Source: Patescibacteria group bacterium
GTDB lineage: Bacteria; Patescibacteriota; Patescibacteriia; PEXW01
Reading direction: 5' to 3'
DNA: 64,000 bases
Assembly (NCBI GenBank): GCA_041665345.1
Contig: JBAYJA010000002.1
Location: 18,649 to 82,648 of the forward strand
Shown here: positions 1 to 8,591 of the stretch, piece after piece
Layout of the letters: every line of letters starts with the position of its first letter
Numbering within the stretch: position 1 is the first letter of the stretch
The notes under the pieces: generated by a model
Seen by the model: only the letters and a program-made list of their open reading frames with translations
Databases searched by the model: none
What the model was told of the DNA's origin: nothing
Made by a program: the position numbers and the translations under genes

Positions 1-1308
1 AGTGCGGAGGTGCAGGAAGCGCTGGCTGCCACTGCCGGGGCTGAGAAACCCGTCACCACGAACCTGGATGAAATTAGCCTGGCGGACAAGGGGATAGAAG
101 AAGTTATTAAAACTGCGCCGGTATCCAAGATGGTGGCGGTCATTCTCCGGCACGCTATTGAAGGGAAAGCCTCGGACATTCACATTGAACCTACGGCTGA
201 GGGTTCGCGGGTGCGCTATCGCGTGGATGGCATTCTCCACACGTCCATCAAGCTGCCGCCGTACGTGCACTCGGCCATTGTGGCACGCATCAAAGTGATT
301 TCCAACCTCAAGCTGGATGAGACGCGCTTGCCGCAGGATGGTCGCTTCCATACGGAAGTGGATGGGAAGAGCATTGACCTGCGCGTTTCCACTCTCCCGC
401 TGATGGGCAATGAGAAAGTGGTGATGCGTATTCTGGACTCTACCGCTCAGAAACTCACCCTCACCGATCTGGGCTTCGTCGGCCGCGAAAAAGACGTGCT
501 GCAGAAGTCCCTCACCTCCACCCAAGGTATGGTACTCAGTACCGGTCCAACCGGCTCCGGAAAATCCACCACCCTATACACGCTCATGGGGATGATCAAC
601 AAAGAAGATATTAACATTGTGACCCTGGAGGATCCGGTGGAGTACCACATGGAGGGGGTGAACCAAAGTCAGGTGAATGCGGAAGTGGGTTTGTCTTTTG
701 CCAACGGGCTGCGCTCCATCCTTCGCCAAGATCCCGACGTGATTATGGTGGGTGAAATTCGGGACCGGGAGACGGCAGAATTAGCCGTGAACGCTGCGCT
801 GACCGGGCACTTGGTCTTTTCCACACTGCACACGAACGACGCCTTTGGCGCAGTGCCTCGGCTCATTGATATGAAAGTTGAACCTTTCCTCATCGCGGCA
901 TCACTTTCCACAGTCATTGCCCAGCGCTTGGTGCGCCGAATTTGCGAAAGCTGCCGGGAGCCTATTGACGTGCCAGAGGCAACGCATAAAGAGGTTTTGG
1001 AAGTGCTGCAGAATGCCTCCCAAAGTGCCTTTCCAGAAGGAGTGAACCTGAAAGAAAAATTTACATTCATGCATGGGAAGGGCTGCCAACGCTGCGGGAA
1101 CAGTGGCTACCGAGGTCGGTTGGTCATTGCCGAAGTGCTGGAAATTACCGAGCAGATGCAGGACATTATCACCGGCGGTTCCAAGCTGGCGGACATCAAA
1201 GCTGAAGCGAAGCGGCAAGGTGTGCTGACCATGAAAGAGGACGGTTTTGTGAAAGCCATCCTGGGCATGACGACCATTGAAGAAGTGCTACGCGCAACGC
1301 AAGAGTAA
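1..1308 (+). CDS. pilB: Type IV pilus assembly ATPase, PilB/GspE family (5' end cut by window edge)
   Basis: Frame open from nt 1. Walker A GPTGSGKSTT, Asp box DPDVIMVGEIRD, His box TLHTND, and a C-terminal CxxC...CxxC tetracysteine typical of GspE/PilB. Confidence 0.9.
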   Translation, partial: SAEVQEALAATAGAEKPVTTNLDEISLADKGIEEVIKTAPVSKMVAVILRHAIEGKASDIHIEPTAEGSRVRYRVDGILHTSIKLPPYVHSAIVARIKVISNLKLDETRLPQDGRFHTEVDGKSIDLRVSTLPLMGNEKVVMRILDSTAQKLTLTDLGFVGREKDVLQKSLTSTQGMVLSTGPTGSGKSTTLYTLMGMINKEDINIVTLEDPVEYHMEGVNQSQVNAEVGLSFANGLRSILRQDPDVIMVGEIRDRETAELAVNAALTGHLVFSTLHTNDAFGAVPRLIDMKVEPFLIAASLSTVIAQRLVRRICESCREPIDVPEATHKEVLEVLQNASQSAFPEGVNLKEKFTFMHGKGCQRCGNSGYRGRLVIAEVLEITEQMQDIITGGSKLADIKAEAKRQGVLTMKEDGFVKAILGMTTIEEVLRATQE

Positions 1309-1327
1309 CTTTCCATTTTCCACCCCT

Positions 1328-1747
1328 ATGCCAACCCCCCCCAAGAAAACCGCCAAATCCAAAGCCACCCCCAGCAAAGTCAAACCGTTAATCCTCCTGG
1401 TGGAAGATGATACCTTTCTGGCCGGGATGTACGTGACCAAGCTGGAGCTGGAAGGTTTCCGGGTGAATTTGGCCACCGATGGCGAGCAAGCGCTGCAGCT
1501 AGTGAAGAGAGAACTTCCGCGGATCATGCTGCTGGATATCGTCTTGCCGAAGAAGAGCGGATTTGAAGTGCTGGCTGCGGTGAAAGCCGATCCAGCCACC
1601 AAAGACGTGCCGGTCATTTTGCTCACCAACTTGGGCCAAAAGGAAGATGTGCAGAAAGGCCTCAAGCTTGGCGCCCTGGACTACCTCATCAAAGCCCACT
1701 TCATGCCGTCAGAGGTTGTGACGAAAGTGAAGCGATTGGTGAAATAG
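1328..1747 (+). CDS. Single-domain response regulator (CheY-like receiver)
   Basis: ATG at 1328 is in frame with ORF 1277. LLVEDD...LLDIVLP...LTNLGQKEDVQKG receiver motifs and no output domain. Start chosen to avoid overlapping pilB. Confidence 0.8.
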   Translation: MPTPPKKTAKSKATPSKVKPLILLVEDDTFLAGMYVTKLELEGFRVNLATDGEQALQLVKRELPRIMLLDIVLPKKSGFEVLAAVKADPATKDVPVILLTNLGQKEDVQKGLKLGALDYLIKAHFMPSEVVTKVKRLVK

Positions 1748-1750
1748 GGT

Positions 1751-1791
1751 TACGAATTACGAAAAAAGATACGAATATACGAATTACGAAT
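1751..1791. repeat. Five tandem/interspersed copies of heptamer TACGAAT
   Basis: tacgaat/tacgaaa at 1751, 1758, 1770, 1778 and 1785, read directly from the sequence between the REC gene and the pilT-like gene. Confidence 0.6.
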
Positions 1792-1992
1792 GGGGATGGG
1801 AAATAATGGAAGGCGGATGACTTTTCTTTCCACCCAACCCGTCCTCCCCTTTCCAAGGGGGCCAGCAGGCGGGTGCGACCCATCGGAAGCACCCCGGACG
1901 GTGCGGAGGGGTAACCCTTATCAGGAAGAAGTTCGTCTTCGGGACAAAGATTGATACAACCTCCAAAAAACCTCCTTCCTCCTCATACATCC

Positions 1993-3069
1993 ATGCTTAC
2001 TTCCGAGCAACAAGCTATTACCGCAATCCTTACCCAAGCGACGCAATACCGAGCGTCGGATGTGCATTTGGTTCCTGGAAGCCAACCCATGCTGCGGGTG
2101 GATGGGAAGCTAACACCCTTGCCAGATGCCAGCGTGCTCACGGCAGACCAACTGCGTGGGTACATTGAGGCAACCCTCACCCCGGCGCAGCTGGCCTTGC
2201 TGGAAAAGGAGCGAGATGTTCGCGTTGCCATTTCCCTGGAAGGGAAGCTGCGTTTTCGGCTGGTTGTGGCCTACCAGAAAGGTTCCTTGGCTTTGGAGCT
2301 TCGGTACATTCCGGACGTGCTCCCTGGGGTGAAAGAGCTTGGCCTGCCGCCCATTGTGGAGCAGATTCCAAGTTTTACCCACGGCTTGGTCCTGCTCTCC
2401 GGTCCGTATGGTTCTGGGCGGACAACTGTTCTGGCGAGCATACTGCAGACCATCAACCTCACCCGCGCTTGCCGCATTGTGACCCTGGAACGGCCAATTG
2501 AGTTTCTCCTGGCTGGTGAGAAGAGTGTCATTGAGCAGCGAGAAATTGGTACAGACGTACCCAGCGTTGCGCACGGCTTAGATCTCTTAGACCGGGAGGA
2601 TGCAGACGTGGTGGCGATTTCGGAATTGGAAAAGCCAGAAGACCTGCAGGCCACGCTCCGCTCCGCGCATGCCGGGCGGCTTATCATTGCCACTCTTCCC
2701 GCAGATTCGGCGGTGCAGACACTGGAAGCCATGGTGGCGGCTTTTTCCTTGGATGAGCAGACCTGGGCCCGGAAAAGGCTGTCTGAGGCTCTCCAGGCCG
2801 TCATAAACCTGCGTTTGGTGCCCCGGGTGGGCGGTGGACGCATCCTGGTTTCTGAAGTGCTGGCGCCGTCCACCCCCATTCGCGCGGGGATTCGGGATGG
2901 GCAGTTCCTTCAGCTGGCAAACACCCTGCAAACCAGCCGTGAGGAGGGGAGCGTGTCGCTCGACCGATCCCTAGCCGAACTGGTACGCTTAAATGAGATC
3001 AAGCCAGATGATGCCGAAGCCGTTGCCTTGGATCCCACCAATTTCAAATTCATGATTAGCCGTTCCTAA
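1993..3069 (+). CDS. pilT: PilT-like T4P retraction ATPase paralog with degenerate catalytic motifs
   Basis: N-terminus aligns with PilT (ASDVHL..MLRVDG). Walker A reads GPYGSGRTT (Lys->Arg) and the His-box position reads TLPADSA (His->Pro). ATG 1993 preferred over TTG 1951. Confidence 0.75.
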   Translation: MLTSEQQAITAILTQATQYRASDVHLVPGSQPMLRVDGKLTPLPDASVLTADQLRGYIEATLTPAQLALLEKERDVRVAISLEGKLRFRLVVAYQKGSLALELRYIPDVLPGVKELGLPPIVEQIPSFTHGLVLLSGPYGSGRTTVLASILQTINLTRACRIVTLERPIEFLLAGEKSVIEQREIGTDVPSVAHGLDLLDREDADVVAISELEKPEDLQATLRSAHAGRLIIATLPADSAVQTLEAMVAAFSLDEQTWARKRLSEALQAVINLRLVPRVGGGRILVSEVLAPSTPIRAGIRDGQFLQLANTLQTSREEGSVSLDRSLAELVRLNEIKPDDAEAVALDPTNFKFMISRS

Positions 3070-3077
3070 ACCCTGCT

Positions 3078-4286
3078 ATGGCCATTTACGACTACCGAGC
3101 GAAGAATGATACCGGGCAAACCGTGGTTGGAGCTGTGGTGGCGCCAACCGACGCGGTTGCGTACGATACCCTACGGGAAAAATCCCTGACGATTATTTCG
3201 CTGAAAGAGCGGAAGAAGAGCGCGCAACTTTTTGGCACCGACATTTTTAACCGGGTGAGCGTGAAGGAGCAGGTCATCTTTGCCCGGCAGCTCTCGGTGA
3301 TGATTTCCGCCAACGTGCCCATTGTGCGTGCCTTGCGTATTTTGGTACGGCAAACCAAGAATGTGCACTTCAAAATGATCCTCTCCGACATTCTGGATGA
3401 AGTGGATGGTGGCGCAAAATTTTCGGCTGCCCTGGCACGGTACCCACAGGTGTTCAATACGTTCTTCGTCTCCATGATCCGCTCAGGGGAAACCACGGGT
3501 AAGCTGGACGAAACCTTGGTGTACTTGGCTGACCAGAAGGAAAAAGATTACGGCGTCATTAGCCGGGTACGAGGTGCCTTCATCTACCCAGCAGTCATCC
3601 TCTTTGCCGTTCTGGCTGTAGGTATTGTCATGGTGGTGTTTGTGCTGCCCAAGCTCATGGAAATTTTCTTGCAGAGCGAAACAGAATTACCTTTTACCAC
3701 CAAGGCGCTTATCGCGGTCAGCGACTTTGTGCGGTTCCGATGGTACATTGTGATTCTGCTCATCATTGGCATTATTGTGGCCTTCGTTGCCTGGCGCCGG
3801 ACACCTGGTGGCCGCCGGGCAATTGACCTTATCAAACTAAAAGTCCCAGTGGCGGGCAGTATTTTTTCCATGATTTATCTGAGCCGCATGTCCCGGGCGT
3901 TGTCCACACTGTTGGCGTCCGGTGTGCCCATTTCCCAAGCCTTAGCCATCACCTCCGAAGTAGTTGGTAACCAAACCTACCAGCGCATTCTCCAAGCCAC
4001 AATCCGGGATGTAGAAGATGGGAATTCCATCACCACCCAGTTTATGAAGAGCAAGAGCGTGCCCTTGATGCTCAGCCAGATGATGAGCGTGGGTGAGCAG
4101 TCTGGGAAAATGGACTTGGTCTTGTTCAAGGTCGCTCAGTTCTATGAGAACGAGCTGGACGGCATGGTCCGCAACCTGGTGGCGCTCATTGAACCAATTA
4201 TCCTGCTCATCATGGGTGTGGGTGTGGGCTTCCTGGTGTCGTCCATTCTCATGCCAATTTACAACGTGAGCAATGCGATACAGTAA
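3078..4286 (+). CDS. pilC: Type IV pilus inner-membrane platform protein PilC/GspF
   Basis: 402 aa with the two-repeat GspF architecture and three TM segments. Sits after the pilus ATPases. Confidence 0.9.
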   Translation: MAIYDYRAKNDTGQTVVGAVVAPTDAVAYDTLREKSLTIISLKERKKSAQLFGTDIFNRVSVKEQVIFARQLSVMISANVPIVRALRILVRQTKNVHFKMILSDILDEVDGGAKFSAALARYPQVFNTFFVSMIRSGETTGKLDETLVYLADQKEKDYGVISRVRGAFIYPAVILFAVLAVGIVMVVFVLPKLMEIFLQSETELPFTTKALIAVSDFVRFRWYIVILLIIGIIVAFVAWRRTPGGRRAIDLIKLKVPVAGSIFSMIYLSRMSRALSTLLASGVPISQALAITSEVVGNQTYQRILQATIRDVEDGNSITTQFMKSKSVPLMLSQMMSVGEQSGKMDLVLFKVAQFYENELDGMVRNLVALIEPIILLIMGVGVGFLVSSILMPIYNVSNAIQ

Positions 4287-4380
4287 CAGTTTAGATTGAA
4301 GGTTTGGTTTTCGATAGCGGTATTGGTAGAAGATAGAGGTAATAAAGAAGTGGAAATACGAAAAGCATGATTGTGCAACG

Positions 4381-4458
4381 TCTCCCTCGCCCGCTGAGGG
4401 AGAGGGAACAAGGGAGAGGGGAGGTTTGGATAATAACCCCCTCCTTTCCAAGGAGGGG
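4381..4458. repeat. Two GC-rich hairpins downstream of pilC (TCTCCCTC-N7-GAGGGAGA and CCCCTCC-TTTCCAA-GGAGGGG)
   Basis: Perfect 8-bp and 7-bp stems at 4381-4403 and 4438-4458. Same stem/loop family as 46909-46929 and 1845-1861. Confidence 0.6.
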
Positions 4459-4695
4459 CTAGGGGTGGTTCTTACTTCCCACAAGGAATCGCCAGCGCGC
4501 TAGCTAGCAACCCCCTACATACAGTCCCCGCAAAACCTGGTATACTATTCACATATCCTTGTCGTGGCATGCAGGCTTGTTCCCTCACTCTCGTGGGGGG
4601 TCTAGGAGATGGGTGGTGCAGTACTGATCACTGATCCCCTTTACCCAAGCCTTCATCAATTTTCCACGGATACCCTGAAGGGAGGTGACAATGAC

Positions 4696-5301
4696 ATGAC
4701 ACAACGAAAAGGTTTTACCCTCATTGAACTTTTGGTGGTCATTGCCATCATTGGTATCCTCTCAGCGGTCGGTTTGATCGCTTTGAACGGTGCTCGTGAA
4801 AAGGCACGCGACAGCCAACGTAAGAGCGATTTGGGACAGCTCCGCACGGGTTTGGCGCTGTACTATGACACGAATAATGATTACCCATCGTCAGATGCGG
4901 GAACTGCGAATGGCCACACAACAGATAATGCCGAAGGTACAAATCCAACGCTCCCAACAGCCGGAACCGGGTCTATTGCTACAACGACGGTAAAATGGGT
5001 TCGCGCAGACTCTGGTCCTATTGCTGGGTTCTCAGCAGCAGGAGACTTGCTGTTCGATGCGTTAGTAGCAGGACAAAAGTATATTTCTCGTTTGCCCGCA
5101 GCACCAAATGGTGGAGCGAATAACTCCATGAAGCAGTATTGGTACGCTTCATGTACCACTGCTGGCGCAATAGGCAATACTGCCTACGCGATCGCAACGG
5201 AATTGGAACGTCCAGCTGATAGTACAAAACAGATGTGGATAGTAAACTCCACAAATGGTACAGCAGCTGAAACGACGCCCGCAGCAACCTACTGCTCGTA
5301 G
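4696..5301 (+). CDS. Type IV pilin (prepilin; class III signal MTQRKG|FTLIELLVV)
   Basis: GGAGGT Shine-Dalgarno 8 nt upstream of the ATG. Short basic leader, G/FTLIE cleavage motif with Glu+5 and a hydrophobic alpha1. C-terminal Cys pair (C...C) and terminal Ser. Confidence 0.85.
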   Translation: MTQRKGFTLIELLVVIAIIGILSAVGLIALNGAREKARDSQRKSDLGQLRTGLALYYDTNNDYPSSDAGTANGHTTDNAEGTNPTLPTAGTGSIATTTVKWVRADSGPIAGFSAAGDLLFDALVAGQKYISRLPAAPNGGANNSMKQYWYASCTTAGAIGNTAYAIATELERPADSTKQMWIVNSTNGTAAETTPAATYCS

Positions 5302-5416
5302 TCTTGATGTTAGTGAAACCAAAGAAGGACCCAGCGGTCCTTTTTTGGCATACTCATCCATAGAGTAAAAAGTTTTTTTAATAGCAATACGAGTGCCTTT
5401 GTATTATACTAGTAGC

Positions 5417-5977
5417 ATGAAAATGATACCCGACCGTAAAGGCTTCACTTTAGTTGAACTCCTTGTGGTTATTGCCATCATTGGAATCCTTTCAGCGGTC
5501 GGACTTATAGCTCTTAACGGAACACGTGAGAAAGCAAGGGATGTTACTCGAAAAAGCGATTTGAAGCAGCTAACAACAGGGTTAGCCTTATACTACGATT
5601 CAAATAATAGTACATACCCTGATTCTACTGCTGCGGGTGTTGCTACTTGGACAGGTTTGGGAGGCGCACAGCTTGGTGAGCGAGCAGATGCAACAGGGTG
5701 TGGCCTTGGATGTGTGGTTTACGATGCTTTGGTTGGATCAAGCAAACATATTGCGCGTTTACCAAATGCACAGACGGTGGGACCAACAGACCTCTCAAAA
5801 CAGTTTTGGTACATGTCTTGTGTTGGCAAAGGAGATTCAAGTCAGGTGAGTGCAGAAGCTTATGCGTTAGTAACTGAATTGGAGCGTCCTGCAGATCCTA
5901 CAAAATCCTGGTGGATATACCGTTCAACTGAGTCAGCAGCGGAAGAAAGTGCACCAACTTCCACGCCTTGCGACTAA
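5417..5977 (+). CDS. Type IV pilin paralog (prepilin; KG|FTLVELLVV)
   Basis: N-terminal ~60 aa nearly identical to the upstream pilin. Conserved ELERPADxTK and a C-terminal Cys pair. Confidence 0.85.
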   Translation: MKMIPDRKGFTLVELLVVIAIIGILSAVGLIALNGTREKARDVTRKSDLKQLTTGLALYYDSNNSTYPDSTAAGVATWTGLGGAQLGERADATGCGLGCVVYDALVGSSKHIARLPNAQTVGPTDLSKQFWYMSCVGKGDSSQVSAEAYALVTELERPADPTKSWWIYRSTESAAEESAPTSTPCD

Positions 5978-5980
5978 GCT

Positions 5981-7555
5981 ATGATGACGTACCTCCGCTA
6001 CTGGTTGCCGGTGGGTTTTCTGCTAATCGCAGTAGCTGCAGGTTGGTTCCTGCCAAGTTTTACCAGTAAATGGCCTTTGGTGGTCATGGGGTTTTTGCTG
6101 CTTCCTCTCGCATGGTCGTTTCATTATTTGGTAAAAATTAAGTTTTCCTGGCGAGAACCGGCGGTGTACTTGTGGCTGAGTGTGGGTTTGGGGCTAATCA
6201 GCAGTGCTCTAGCTGCAAATCCATATTTGGCACTGCGGGGTTGGTTGGTGTTCTTGGCTGGGGTGGTTGTGTACTTTTTGGTTCGTTCACTAACCCCTGA
6301 GCATAGGCAACCCTTGATGATTGGTATCGTCATTGTCGGTGTGGTGATTGTTGGTTGGTCATATCTCGCCACAAAAACGTCATTGTCTATTCCTTGGGTT
6401 CCTGTAGTTAGCAAAGACCCACTACTCCTGACTGCTGCAGTGTTGCTCCCCTTGGCCTGTGCAATTATTCTGCTCATCAGGGCTCAGGGAAGGGGATTGA
6501 GGGTATTGTTTGCTGCTATAGCCATATTCCTCGTTAGCCCGTGGGTACTCCCAAGCACGTGGCAGGCATGGCATAGTGCCTGGGCAGCGCTCACCCAGCA
6601 AATGAATGTACTGCAACAGATATTTTCTGCACACCCGTTGGTGGGCGTTGGTTCAGGGAACTACACTTTTTACTTTCCCCGGTTTGCGTCGAATGCCTCG
6701 GTATATGCCGAACATGCACCAAGTTCACTAGTAGACGCCATTGTAGGTTTTGGCATACTCCCTATTGCCGCTTTCCTCGTTTTTCTCTTTTTCAGTATCC
6801 AACCACTGGTGGCACAAAAAGCCAAAATGCCTTGGGTATACGTGGCGTGCCTTGGTTTGCTTGGAGCCGTAGCCTGTGTCGTCTTTGTGGATCACCCGGC
6901 TGTGGCACTCAGTTGGCCAATCCTGTTTGGACTCATGAGTTCACCGTTCATAACCCAAGAGGGCTCCAGTCAAGAGACGCGACGAATCTTTCGGCGGTCA
7001 CTTCTTGTTGGTGGTTGGGTGGTAGCACTCCTGAGTCTGGCTATGGGTTTTGGTATTAATCGCTTTGGGCGAGCAGAGCGGGCAGCACAGTCCGGAGACA
7101 CCAAGAGCGCTGCATCGCTCTATGCCTCTGCCCTGCATTTTGATGCTGACCCAATGCAACGTCGGGCATATGCGGAGTCGCTTTGGCTGAATGGACACCA
7201 AAAGAAGGATCTTGCTGAGGCGGAGCATCAAGCCCGTTTAGCCTACCAGTGGAATAGGGAAGACACTTTTGCATACCAAGTCGCTGCTCGAATTGCTTTT
7301 TCAGAGGGCAATAATGCCGAGGCGGAACGGTTATACAAAGAGGTGCTACAACGAGATAGATTTTTTTCCTTAGACGCAGCTATTTCTTTGGCTGATGTGT
7401 ATAAGAAGCAGGGGAAGAAAGTTGAGGAACAACAACTTGTCGAACAAACCCTGGCGCCATTTACTGTAGAGGTAGTGGAAAAAGGCTTTGCTTTTTCAAC
7501 TATCTCCCAGCAACTTGAGCAAATCAAGAAACGTCTTGTAGATCTAAAAAAGTAG
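5981..7555 (+). CDS. O-antigen ligase (Wzy_C) family polytopic membrane protein with C-terminal TPR domain
   Basis: About 10 TM helices. Wzy_C-like loop HPLVGVGSGNY...AEHAPSSLVDAIVGFGIL. C-terminal ~180 aa shows helical TPR-like repeats. Confidence 0.65.
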   Translation: MMTYLRYWLPVGFLLIAVAAGWFLPSFTSKWPLVVMGFLLLPLAWSFHYLVKIKFSWREPAVYLWLSVGLGLISSALAANPYLALRGWLVFLAGVVVYFLVRSLTPEHRQPLMIGIVIVGVVIVGWSYLATKTSLSIPWVPVVSKDPLLLTAAVLLPLACAIILLIRAQGRGLRVLFAAIAIFLVSPWVLPSTWQAWHSAWAALTQQMNVLQQIFSAHPLVGVGSGNYTFYFPRFASNASVYAEHAPSSLVDAIVGFGILPIAAFLVFLFFSIQPLVAQKAKMPWVYVACLGLLGAVACVVFVDHPAVALSWPILFGLMSSPFITQEGSSQETRRIFRRSLLVGGWVVALLSLAMGFGINRFGRAERAAQSGDTKSAASLYASALHFDADPMQRRAYAESLWLNGHQKKDLAEAEHQARLAYQWNREDTFAYQVAARIAFSEGNNAEAERLYKEVLQRDRFFSLDAAISLADVYKKQGKKVEEQQLVEQTLAPFTVEVVEKGFAFSTISQQLEQIKKRLVDLKK

Positions 7556-7590
7556 TTTTCTTTGGGGTTTTCGTGTATACTTTTTGCTGT

Positions 7591-8010
7591 ATGAAAGCAA
7601 TACCAAAAGGTCTCTCCATGGTAAGTCTCGTCCTCATTGGCCTGGTGTTCCTGGCATTGGCTGCTGGGGCGCTGAGTTTGGTTGGCCGGGAACGCGCCAA
7701 GGCGCGGGATGCCCAACGCGTGGCCGATATGGCGCGGCTGCAGGTTGGGTTTTTGCTGCTGTACAATCGGACGGCCAGTTACGCCGGTGCGGCCCAAGGT
7801 GGGTGTGCCACGGTCAATGCTCCGGTTCGTACTTGTAACCTTGCACAAGATTTGACCAGCATCGCTTCCTTCAAAGACCCACGCGGGGGTGACTACCTGG
7901 TGTCCAAAGTGCCAGATGAGAAGACGTACGAAATTTCCTTCACCTTGGAACGTGGCACCTCTGGACTGGTTGCCGGAAAGCATGTCCTAACCCCGGCTGG
8001 GTTGCAGTAA
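7591..8010 (+). CDS. Pilin-like protein with degenerate prepilin N-terminus (no Glu+5)
   Basis: KG|LSMVSLVLIGLVFLALAAG hydrophobic alpha1 followed by an ARDAQRVADMARLQ pilin-like segment. 139 aa. Confidence 0.55.
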   Translation: MKAIPKGLSMVSLVLIGLVFLALAAGALSLVGRERAKARDAQRVADMARLQVGFLLLYNRTASYAGAAQGGCATVNAPVRTCNLAQDLTSIASFKDPRGGDYLVSKVPDEKTYEISFTLERGTSGLVAGKHVLTPAGLQ

Positions 8011-8045
8011 ACAGAAGAGTATTCCCCTCTCCCAGCCTTCCTCCA

Positions 8046-8108
8046 TCCGGGTGAACCCGGATGGAGGAAGGCGTCCCTCTCCCACAGAGTGGAGAGGGTG
8101 AGGAGGTT
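8046..8108. repeat. 16-bp perfect-stem hairpin (CCTTCCTCCATCCGGG-tgaa-CCCGGATGGAGGAAGG) plus adjacent 8-bp hairpin
   Basis: Reverse-complement arms read directly at 8046-8081. Second hairpin CCCTCTCC...GGAGAGGG at 8085-8108. Confidence 0.7.
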
Positions 8109-8205
8109 CCGTGTCCGAGCAGTTTTCACAGTTGCTGTTTTATCCCCTCCCTCGCCTCACCAGAGGAGAGGGTTCGCGCAGCGCGGGGGAGAGGAGAAGA
8201 ATGTT

Positions 8206-8583
8206 ATGTCCACGAAGCGCACATCACAAGCACGAGCTCTGCGGAAGAACCAGACGGAAACTGAGGCCATACTCTGGCAACATCTGCGCGCACATCGCTT
8301 CTCGGGTGTGAAGTTTCGCCGGCAGTATCCCATTGGTCCGTACATTGCAGATTTTTGTGCGCCAAGCTGTAGGTTGATTGTTGAGGTGGATGGGAGTGGA
8401 CATGAGGTGCCGGAGCAGCGCATGCATGATGTTCGGCGAGATACTTGGTTGTCCGAACAAGGGTGGAAAGTATTGCGTTTTTGGAACAATGAAGTTGGAA
8501 GTGAACTTGAAGCGGTGTTAGAGAAAATATTTGAAAGTATCCCCCAGATACAGAACATGGATGCAGAAGGTAAAAATCCCTAA
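8206..8583 (+). CDS. DUF559 endonuclease-domain protein (Vsr-like fold)
   Basis: QARALRKNQTETEAILWQHLR...GWKVLRFWNNEV matches the DUF559 signature. ATG 8206 lies just 3' of the GC-rich hairpin block. Confidence 0.7.
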   Translation: MSTKRTSQARALRKNQTETEAILWQHLRAHRFSGVKFRRQYPIGPYIADFCAPSCRLIVEVDGSGHEVPEQRMHDVRRDTWLSEQGWKVLRFWNNEVGSELEAVLEKIFESIPQIQNMDAEGKNP

Positions 8584-8591
8584 CGAATAAA

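Noticed and set aside
1751-1791. Possible CRISPR array (short tandem repeats)
   Set aside because: Units are only 7 nt with no spacers of regular length, and no cas genes are nearby. This is a simple heptamer repeat.
1951-1992. TTG 1951 as pilT-like start; TTG 20003 and GTG 62282 as starts of other ORFs
   Set aside because: In-frame ATGs downstream (1993, 20105, 62306) give N-termini matching family alignments and avoid non-canonical starts lacking SD sequences.
8061-8311. ORFs 8061-8264, 8089 upstream extension and 8111-8311 (+)
   Set aside because: They run through the GC-rich hairpin block and consist of low-complexity Arg/Gly/Glu runs. The real DUF559 gene starts at ATG 8206.
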